Source: an uncultured Verrucomicrobiales bacterium
GTDB lineage: Bacteria; Verrucomicrobiota; Verrucomicrobiia; Verrucomicrobiales; DEV007
DNA: 64,000 nt
Direction of reading: 5' to 3'
Assembly: GCA_964500945.1 (NCBI GenBank)
Contig: CAZCRA010000002.1
Coordinates: 27,683 to 91,682 of the forward strand
Below the pieces are notes generated by a model. It had not been told where the DNA came from, searched no databases, and was given only the letters and a program-made list of their open reading frames with translations. Shown here piece after piece: positions 9,959 through 16,980 of the stretch (position 1 is the first letter of the stretch; every line of letters begins with the position of its first letter). Made by a program: the position numbers and the translations under genes.

Positions 9959-10972
9959 TCAGCGCGAAGGCATTTCCGCTACGACGTCGTAGAAACGTGC
10001 CAGGTCGCCGTCGACCTCTCGAAGCGCTTGCTGGAAGCGGGGGAGTTCGTGGAAATAGGCCGCCACGATGTTGAGATGGGCGTTGGTGAGTGGCCCTTCG
10101 AGCCAGATGGATCCCGAGGCGTCGCGTCCGTTTGCGGTGAGCGCGCGCCGCAGGTCCTCCTGGAGTTCCGTGAGCAGAGCGGCTTTACGTTCCCGTTTCC
10201 CGGTGTCGGGCAGGTCGCTTTCGTAGAGGTCCGCGAGTTGGCTGCGGGTTTCGAGCACTCGCGTCACCAGTGTGCCGCGGCTTTTGGTGAAGCGTTCGAA
10301 GCGGTGGAGGGCTTCGGGCTCGCGGTGTTGGACGAGCCAGCGTCGCACGCCTTCTTCCTCGACCGCTACGGCAAAAGCTTCACTGAAGGCGGTATCGCCG
10401 TGGCGGTAGTATTTCTGGTGGGCGAGTTCGTGAAAAATCAGGCCGGCGAGCCGGTCCTCGGGGTAGTCGATGAAGGTGTTCAGCAGGGGATCGCGGCTCC
10501 AACCGAGGCTCGAGTAAGCCGGGACGCCGATCACGGCCGTTTCCAGACCATCGGCTTCGAGGCTCTCAGCCAGCGCTTCGGCCTTTTCCTGCCGGTAGAA
10601 TCCCCGGTAACAGAGGCGGCCCACGAAGGGATAGCGCCAATCGTGAGGTTTCACGCTCAATTCGCGGGCCGCGTAAACGCTCCAAACGACATACTCCCGG
10701 CCGAGGTCTTTGTAGCTCTCGTAGCTGCCGCCCGAAGGTAGAAGCAGGTCGCTCTCGGCGAAGGCGACAATCTCGCGGGACAACTCGAGTCGTTGGCGCA
10801 GTTCGGGCGACGTTTCTTCTTGGTCGAGGAGGCGCTCCACCGGGGTGCCACGAGACACCTCCAGATGCCCTTTGAGGGCTTGTCCATAGTAGGCGACCTG
10901 GCACGAAGCCGGAAGCAGCAGTCCCGCCGCCAGGATGCGTAGCCAAGATTTCAACGGGAGAGACAAAGGCAC
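9959..10972 (-). CDS. Predicted zinc aminopeptidase (putative-aminopeptidase/DUF2265-like family), probable lipoprotein
   Basis: A HExxH-type site is present (LIFHELAHQKYY). The lipobox-like N-terminus is LLLPASC. The stop codon directly abuts the gatA stop, giving a convergent pair. Confidence 0.65.
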   Translation of the reverse strand: MPLSLPLKSWLRILAAGLLLPASCQVAYYGQALKGHLEVSRGTPVERLLDQEETSPELRQRLELSREIVAFAESDLLLPSGGSYESYKDLGREYVVWSVYAARELSVKPHDWRYPFVGRLCYRGFYRQEKAEALAESLEADGLETAVIGVPAYSSLGWSRDPLLNTFIDYPEDRLAGLIFHELAHQKYYRHGDTAFSEAFAVAVEEEGVRRWLVQHREPEALHRFERFTKSRGTLVTRVLETRSQLADLYESDLPDTGKRERKAALLTELQEDLRRALTANGRDASGSIWLEGPLTNAHLNIVAAYFHELPRFQQALREVDGDLARFYDVVAEMPSR

Positions 10973-11027
10973 GAGGGGAATTTGTTCCGGCCAGAAAGGG
11001 AGCGATGCAAGCCCGGGTCAGGAAATC

Positions 11028-11528
11028 ATGCGGAGAAAGCGGCGGTTTGGGCGTAGGATCCTCTGCGTGGAATTGGTCCGCTTCAAACATGCGCGCTTCA
11101 CGGCGCGATTTCCGAAAGACTACCGCTATTCGCGGTCTCACTACTGGTTGTGTCCGGACCCTGAGCAAAGCGGGTTTTGGCGTGTGGGATTCACGAAGTT
11201 TGCCACTCGGATGCTCGGCGAGTTGGTGGAAGCGGAGTTCGAAGTGGGGGAGGGGGATCCGGTCGAACCCGGGCAGCAAATCGGCTGGGTCGAGGGGTTC
11301 AAAGCGGCGAGCGACGTGTTTTGCACGATGAGCGGCCGCTTTGGAGGGATGAACCCGGTGCTGCGGGAGGATGCGTGCATCATTCGCGAGAGTCCGTATG
11401 TCGATGGATGGCTTTACCGGGTGGAAGGCGAACCGGAAGCGGAGAGCATGGACGTGGAAGGTTACCTGGCCCATCTCGAGGGTCTCATCCGGCAGATGGA
11501 GAAGGATCCGAAGTATGCCGACGATTGA
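11028..11528 (+). CDS. Glycine-cleavage H-protein-like lipoyl-carrier protein, orphan (no gcvT or gcvP nearby)
   Basis: The translation shows YRYSRSHYWL...GFTKFATRMLGELVEAEF...QIGWVEGFKAASDVFCTMSG...GWLYRVE. The lipoyl-lysine context E-x-x-K-A-A-S-D is retained, with the K codon at 11301-11303. The start is trimmed to the ATG at 11028. Confidence 0.75.
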   Translation: MRRKRRFGRRILCVELVRFKHARFTARFPKDYRYSRSHYWLCPDPEQSGFWRVGFTKFATRMLGELVEAEFEVGEGDPVEPGQQIGWVEGFKAASDVFCTMSGRFGGMNPVLREDACIIRESPYVDGWLYRVEGEPEAESMDVEGYLAHLEGLIRQMEKDPKYADD

Positions 11529-11609
11529 ACGGTCCGAACACATGGAAGAGAATGCGTTTGTGGGCCGTGGTTCGAGGCACGAGATTACCGACCGCAGTTT
11601 CACGACGTC

Positions 11610-12863
11610 ATGATGATCGAACTTTCCAGCCGGATGCTCCGGACGGTGGACCCAAAGCTTCTCTGGAATTTTCAGTGGAACTTTGGGGTCAAAGGCATCC
11701 GCTCGATCCAGCTTTTTAAGAAGCGGCTGCGCGAGGGGGTGTATTTCCCTCCGTTCCTCTACCTATCGATTCTCAACAGCTGTAATCTTCGGTGTCAGGG
11801 GTGCTGGGTGGACGTCGACCGTCCGCAGACGAAGATCGAGCTGGATGATCTGAACCGGATCGTGAACGACGCCCGGGAACACGGGAACAGCTTCTTCGGG
11901 ATCCTGGGGGGCGAACCGTTCATGCACCCGGAACTGTTCGATTTCCTGGCGCAGCATCCGGATTGCTTCTTCCAAGTTTTCACGAACGGTCAACTCATCA
12001 CTCCGAAGAAGGCGCGAACGCTTCGGAAGCTGGGCAATGCGACGCCGCTGATCAGCATCGAAGGCGATGAACTCGTCTCGAACGAGCGCCGGGGTGGAAA
12101 AGACGTTTACGAGCGCACTCTGCGGGGGCTGCGGAACGCTCTGGACGAGAAATTGCTGACGGGGGTGGCGACGAGCGTCTGCAAGACGAATCTCGATCTG
12201 CTGGTGAGCGAGCGGTGGCTCCGCCAGCTAGTCGATTTCGGCGCGCACTACGTGTGGTTTCACACTTACCGGCCCGTCGGTCCGCAAATCCACGAGGAAT
12301 TGGCACTCAGCCCGGAGGAAGCGCGGCGGGTCCGGCAGTTCGTGGTCGACATGCGCTGCAAGATGCCGATTGGGATCGTGGATGCCTACTACGACGGCGA
12401 GGGGCGCGCGGTCTGTCCGATGGCCACCGGAATCAGTCATCACATCGGGCCGACGGGTGGGGTGGAGCCGTGTCCGATCATCCAGTTCGCCACGGAGTCT
12501 GTTGGCGAGCGCTCCATTTACGAAACCCTCACGCAGAGCGGATTCATGAAGGATTTCCGCGAGACGGCGGCGCAACACACGCGGGGATGCATCGTGCTCG
12601 AGCGGCCGGATCTGGTGAAGGAGTTGGCGGAGAAACATGGGGCGCGCGACACGACACTGCGGCAGACGGCGATGGCGGAATTGGAAGGGATGACACCCAA
12701 AGGCAGCCAGTATCAGCCGGGCTGGGAGATCCCGGAGAAGCACTGGCTTTACCGCATTGCCAAGCATTTCTGGTTCAACGATTTCGGCGCTTACCAAAAC
12801 CAGAAGCCCGAGAAGCCGCGCATGCTGAAGCGGATCGCGCCCGTGACGGCGGTGCAGAACTGA
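11610..12863 (+). CDS. Radical SAM enzyme with a Cys-containing C-terminal extension; the layout resembles HpnH
   Basis: The CxxxCxxC motif is SILNSCNLRCQGCWV, with Cys codons at 11781, 11793 and 11802. GGEPF is present. A basic amphipathic leader precedes the cluster motif. The C-terminal segment is AVCPMATGISHHIGPTGGVEPCPIIQF. Confidence 0.85.
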   Translation: MMIELSSRMLRTVDPKLLWNFQWNFGVKGIRSIQLFKKRLREGVYFPPFLYLSILNSCNLRCQGCWVDVDRPQTKIELDDLNRIVNDAREHGNSFFGILGGEPFMHPELFDFLAQHPDCFFQVFTNGQLITPKKARTLRKLGNATPLISIEGDELVSNERRGGKDVYERTLRGLRNALDEKLLTGVATSVCKTNLDLLVSERWLRQLVDFGAHYVWFHTYRPVGPQIHEELALSPEEARRVRQFVVDMRCKMPIGIVDAYYDGEGRAVCPMATGISHHIGPTGGVEPCPIIQFATESVGERSIYETLTQSGFMKDFRETAAQHTRGCIVLERPDLVKELAEKHGARDTTLRQTAMAELEGMTPKGSQYQPGWEIPEKHWLYRIAKHFWFNDFGAYQNQKPEKPRMLKRIAPVTAVQN

Positions 12864-12904
12864 GGAGAGCCAGGGTCCGCGATTTGCGGTCATGGAAACG
12901 AACG

Positions 12905-13231
12905 ATGGCGGAAGAAAAGATCGTTTATTGCCGGTGCGCCTATGCGCAGGTGGTGCCTGAGGACGTCAAGGCCGAGGTGCTCCAGCGCCTGGCCGGGTCG
13001 GGCGTCAGTTTCGAGTGCGTTTCGGACCTGTGCGAGATGTCAGCGCGGCGGGACCCTCGTCTCGAAGCCATTTTTGGGGAGGGAGAAGTCCGGGTAGCGG
13101 CCTGCCATCCCCGAGCGGTTCGATGGCTGCTGCACGCCGCCGGGATCGACGCTCCGCCGGAGCGGGTGAAGGTCGCCAACATGCGGGAGGACGACGCCGA
13201 GCGCGTGGCGAATGAGACGCTGGGCGAGTGA
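12905..13231 (+). CDS. Small Cys-rich protein, tentatively MvhD/FlpD-like
   Basis: Only the last 108 codons of track ORF 12215..13231 are credible, because the upstream part overlaps the radical-SAM gene in another frame. The product is MAEEKIVYCRCAYAQVVPEDVKAEVL...FECVSDLCEM...VRVAACHPRAV. The pattern KIV-x-C-x-C ... ACHP resembles the hydrogenase delta-subunit-like fold as I remember it. Confidence 0.55.
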   Translation: MAEEKIVYCRCAYAQVVPEDVKAEVLQRLAGSGVSFECVSDLCEMSARRDPRLEAIFGEGEVRVAACHPRAVRWLLHAAGIDAPPERVKVANMREDDAERVANETLGE

Positions 13232-13265
13232 AAGCTCGGTCCATGAGAGGATTTATTAGCGAAAG

Positions 13266-14165
13266 ATGATCGATCAGGAAAACACACCATTTCAGGTCGT
13301 GCTCTACGAGGGGCGCGGGGCCGGTTTGATGGAAGCTTCGATGCGCTGGGGGCTGATGGGCCAGCTGTTGGATCAGGGCTATTGGGTCACCCGGGTGGCG
13401 CCAGACGGAGGCGGATTCGCTAAACCGGCGGGGCGATTGCTGGTGTTGGGGCAGTTTCCCGATGGCACGCCGGCCCTGGAGGATGCCGCAGGCGAGATCG
13501 AATTGGACGTTCGGGACATCAGTGGGCTGGATGAGGCGTTGATCCTGGCGCTCGTCGAAGAACGGCGGGGTGCCCACGCGATGAACCAGCCGGCGGGGGC
13601 GGCAGCGGTCGCGGGGACGAAATCGTGGAAGCCATGGTTCCCGGTGATCGACTACGATCGCTGCACGAACTGCATGCAGTGCCTGAGTTTCTGCCTGTTC
13701 GACGTGTATGGGGTCGATTCGGAACAGCGCATCCAGGTTCAGAACCAGGACAACTGCAAAACGAATTGCCCGGCCTGCTCACGGGTTTGTCCGGAGGTGG
13801 CGATCATGTTCCCAAAATACAAGGCCGGCCCCATCAACGGCGCGCCGGTCCGTCAGGAGGATCTGAACCGGGAAAAAATGAAGGTGGACATCTCCGCGCT
13901 ACTCGGTGGCGACATTTACTCGAACCTGCGGCAGCGAAGTGAAGCGGCGAAGTCGCGATTCGCGAAAGAGCGCAGCCCGGACAAGGCGTTGGACGAGCGG
14001 AAACGGTGTCTGACGAAGCTGCAGAGCGATGGCATCATCCCGACCGACGTGCTCGAGGAGATTGATCTGGCTTCGCTCCCAAGCATGGACGACATCCAAC
14101 GGAAGGCGAAAGAGGCGGCGGCGAAGGCTCAGGCGGCACTGGATGCGCAGAAGCCCTCGGAATGA
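13266..14165 (+). CDS. Ferredoxin-domain protein with two [4Fe-4S] motifs, an unknown N-domain and a charged C-terminal tail
   Basis: The first motif is CTNCMQCLSFC (CxxCxxCxxxC). The second is CKTNCPACSRVCP (Cx3CxxCxxxCP). Confidence 0.8.
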   Translation: MIDQENTPFQVVLYEGRGAGLMEASMRWGLMGQLLDQGYWVTRVAPDGGGFAKPAGRLLVLGQFPDGTPALEDAAGEIELDVRDISGLDEALILALVEERRGAHAMNQPAGAAAVAGTKSWKPWFPVIDYDRCTNCMQCLSFCLFDVYGVDSEQRIQVQNQDNCKTNCPACSRVCPEVAIMFPKYKAGPINGAPVRQEDLNREKMKVDISALLGGDIYSNLRQRSEAAKSRFAKERSPDKALDERKRCLTKLQSDGIIPTDVLEEIDLASLPSMDDIQRKAKEAAAKAQAALDAQKPSE

Positions 14166-14324
14166 GCGATTTTCATGTTCCTGCACCGTGCTCCACACGC
14201 CTTTTCCTTGAAGAAGGGCCGTTTTGAAAGACAACTGCGGGGTGATTCGGCTGTGTTTTACCCAGCTGAGCCCGTTTTTCGTCCAGGCGTGGGCGTCCAA
14301 CGGCAACGTTTACTCTAATTCATC

Positions 14325-16079
14325 ATGGCTTCCCCATCCAGCGAAATCCAGACCGTCAAGCTTCCTCAAAGCGTTCCGGTGACCACGACGCGGTTCCGGC
14401 CGCCCAAAAAGAACATTCCTCAGACGAAGGAAGAGCGAGACGCGTTGCTGGAGCGCGTGCGAGGGTATTTGGAGGAGGTTTCGGTGGTCCAGCCCATGCC
14501 GCTGGACGAGCTGGAGACCCACGCGCGGAAGATCCTGGAAGAAGCGGGGCTGGACCTGATTTACCTGCACTACACGGCAGTTTTGTTGAGCAACGAAGCG
14601 TGGCGCGAGGCGCTGGCGACCATTCCGTATGAACGGCGCCTGTTGCTGATGCCGAAGTGCCTGCGGGTGGAGGAAAAATGCCCGGCGCCATTCGACGAGT
14701 TCGGGTTGCTCTGCAAGCAGTGCGGGCTCTGCACGATTCAAGATTTCCAAAACGAAGCGGAGCGCTTGGGCTATGCGGTCCTTGTGGCGGAGGGATCGGC
14801 GATCGTGATGTCGCTGATTCAGACCGGGAAGATCGAGGCGATCGTAGGTGTCAGCTGCCTGCCCGTGCTGGAGCGGACCTTTCCCTACGTCGAAGCGGCG
14901 GCCATCCCGGCCATTGCGGTGCCTTTGCTGCAGGACGACTGCATCAACACGACGGTCGATAACGACTGGGTCTGGGATTACATCCACCTCACGAGCGAGG
15001 ACAAGACCCGGCGGTTGAATCTGAATCAGCTTCACGACGAGGTGCGGAGTTGGTTCGAACCCGAGACCGTCGAGGGGTTGATGGGCGAACCGGATGGGCA
15101 CGCGGAGCGGGTGGCGCGCGACTGGCTGCTGAAGGACGGGAAACGCTGGCGTCCGTTTTTGACCGTGGCGACTTACCAGGCACTGCGAGACGAGCCCGAG
15201 GCGCCGGTGCCAGACGGGGTCCGAAAGCTGGCTCTGGCGGTCGAGTGTTTCCACAAGGCATCGCTGATTCACGACGATATCGAGGATGAGGACCGGGAAC
15301 GCTACGGCGAGGCGACGCTGCACGAAGCCGAGGGGCTGCCGGTGGCGCTGAACGCTGGGGATCTCTTGATCGGCGAGGGCTACCGGCTCATCGCGGAAAG
15401 CGGCGTGCCGGCGGAAGCGATCGCGACGATGGTCCGTGCCGCGTCCGATGGGCAGCGGGAACTGTGCCGGGGTCAGGGAGCGGAGCTGGCCTGGGCACGC
15501 GATCCGTCGCCGCTGAAAACCACGCAGGTGCTGGAGATCTTCCGGTTAAAAACGGCGCCGGCCTTCAACGTGGCGCTGCAACTGGGTGCGGCAGCAGCCG
15601 GCAGAGCCGCCGAGGTGGACGGCACGCTGGCCAAGTTCAGCGAAGCGCTGGGCATCGCCTACCAGATCCGTGATGACATGGACGATTTGTCCCAGGATTC
15701 CGGCGACAACGAACAGCGGGCCTTCCGGCCGAGCGTGATGTTGGCTAAGGGGCGCGAGATGGCGAAGGGTGACGCGAAGAAGCTATTGGAACGGCTCTGG
15801 CGGAGGGAGATGGAGGACGCGGATTACGACGAGGTTCGGCGAATCGTTCACCAGGCTGGGGCGGATGAGAAGTGCATGCTGATGCTGGAGACCTACAAGG
15901 AAACGGCGATTCGCAGTTTAGCGGATTTGGAAAACGCGAATCTGAAAGGCCTGCTGCGCCGGGTGATCGGGAAGATCTTCAACGATCTCGAGATCAAGGG
16001 CTGGTGCCGGGAGTTCGAGGTGCGCAACGGGGTCCGGGAAGAGTCCGAAGCGAAATCGCAACCGGCCGCCGTGGCCTGA
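14325..16079 (+). CDS. Fusion protein with an N-terminal DUF116-like Cys-rich domain and a C-terminal polyprenyl diphosphate synthase
   Basis: The N-terminal half reads RRLLLMPKCLRVEEKCPAPFDEFGLLCKQCGLCTIQDF...IVGVSCLPVLE. The C-terminal half reads GKRWRPFL, FARM FHKASLIHDDIEDED (15273-15287) and SARM AYQIRDDMDDL (15672-15686). Confidence 0.8.
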   Translation: MASPSSEIQTVKLPQSVPVTTTRFRPPKKNIPQTKEERDALLERVRGYLEEVSVVQPMPLDELETHARKILEEAGLDLIYLHYTAVLLSNEAWREALATIPYERRLLLMPKCLRVEEKCPAPFDEFGLLCKQCGLCTIQDFQNEAERLGYAVLVAEGSAIVMSLIQTGKIEAIVGVSCLPVLERTFPYVEAAAIPAIAVPLLQDDCINTTVDNDWVWDYIHLTSEDKTRRLNLNQLHDEVRSWFEPETVEGLMGEPDGHAERVARDWLLKDGKRWRPFLTVATYQALRDEPEAPVPDGVRKLALAVECFHKASLIHDDIEDEDRERYGEATLHEAEGLPVALNAGDLLIGEGYRLIAESGVPAEAIATMVRAASDGQRELCRGQGAELAWARDPSPLKTTQVLEIFRLKTAPAFNVALQLGAAAAGRAAEVDGTLAKFSEALGIAYQIRDDMDDLSQDSGDNEQRAFRPSVMLAKGREMAKGDAKKLLERLWRREMEDADYDEVRRIVHQAGADEKCMLMLETYKETAIRSLADLENANLKGLLRRVIGKIFNDLEIKGWCREFEVRNGVREESEAKSQPAAVA

Positions 16080-16095
16080 GGAGGCGGTCCATCCG

Positions 16096-16980
16096 ATGTC
16101 GCTGCGGCTGGAAATGCTCCAGGTGGCGCGCCTGGCGCCGCGGGTGCTCGATGAAGCGGCGGATCTCGTGTGCGAATTCGTGCGCGGACAGGAGCGGGAC
16201 GATGGCGGGTATCCGGACCGCGATGGCAAGAGCGATCTCTACTACACGAGTTTCGCCGTCGATGCGTTGACGGCGCTGCAGGATCCGCTGCCGGAGCGTC
16301 GTCTGGCGGGGTTTTTGAGGGGTTTCGGCGACGGTGACGGGCTGGATTTCGTCCATTTATGCTGTCTGATCCGGCTGTGGTCGGTGCTGCGCGAGGAGAG
16401 ACCGGAACCGGCGCAGCTGGAGCGGATGTTCAAGCACCTGGAACGGTTCCGGAGCGACGATGGGGGGTTCGAGGTGGATGCGGAGGCGGATGAGGGTTCG
16501 GCCTACGGCTGCCTCCTGGCCTACGGGGCCCACGCGGATCACGGGCGGGAGGTGGAACGGCTGGAGGCACTGGCGGACTGTCTGGACCGGTTGCGGGCCG
16601 AAGGCGGGGGATGGGCGAACGACTCGATGATTCCGATCGGTTCCGTTCCGGCCACGGCGGCGGCGGTGACCGTGAGCCGGAACCTGCGGCATCCTGTTCC
16701 GGAGGGAACGGGCGACTGGCTCATGGCGCAGTTCCATCCGCAGGGCGGGTTTGTGGCGGTGCCGGGTGCGCCGATGCCGGATTTGCTCTCGACGGCGGTG
16801 GCGCTGCATGCGCTGGACGGGTTGCAGGCGGATTTCGAGGTGCTCAAGGAGCCCTGCCTGGATTTCATCGACAGCCTATGGACGAACGCCGGCGGGTTTC
16901 ACGGGAATTGGAGCGATGACGAACTGGATTTGGAGTACACCTACTACGGCTTGTTGGCGCTGGGGCACCTGGCGCTGTAG
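16096..16980 (+). CDS. Small prenyltransferase/squalene-oxidase-repeat (alpha/alpha-toroid) protein
   Basis: The 294-aa product carries repeated motifs: ERDDGGYPDRDGKSDLYYTSFAVDAL, RSDDGGFE, RAEGGGWAND, HPQGGFVAVPGAPMPDLLSTAVALHAL and NAGGFHGNWSDDELDLEYTYYGLLAL. I see no obvious Zn-ligand Cys/His at the positions used by protein prenyltransferase beta subunits. Confidence 0.7.
   Translation: MSLRLEMLQVARLAPRVLDEAADLVCEFVRGQERDDGGYPDRDGKSDLYYTSFAVDALTALQDPLPERRLAGFLRGFGDGDGLDFVHLCCLIRLWSVLREERPEPAQLERMFKHLERFRSDDGGFEVDAEADEGSAYGCLLAYGAHADHGREVERLEALADCLDRLRAEGGGWANDSMIPIGSVPATAAAVTVSRNLRHPVPEGTGDWLMAQFHPQGGFVAVPGAPMPDLLSTAVALHALDGLQADFEVLKEPCLDFIDSLWTNAGGFHGNWSDDELDLEYTYYGLLALGHLAL

Noticed and set aside
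11028-11528. The GcvH-like gene as part of a glycine cleavage system.
   Set aside because: No gcvT, gcvP or lpd genes lie nearby. Its neighbours are a radical-SAM enzyme and Fe-S proteins instead.
12215-12904. The upstream 230 codons of track ORF 12215..13231.
   Set aside because: This part overlaps the radical-SAM gene out of frame and is Arg/Gly-rich. Only the segment from the ATG at 12905 onwards looks like a real small protein.
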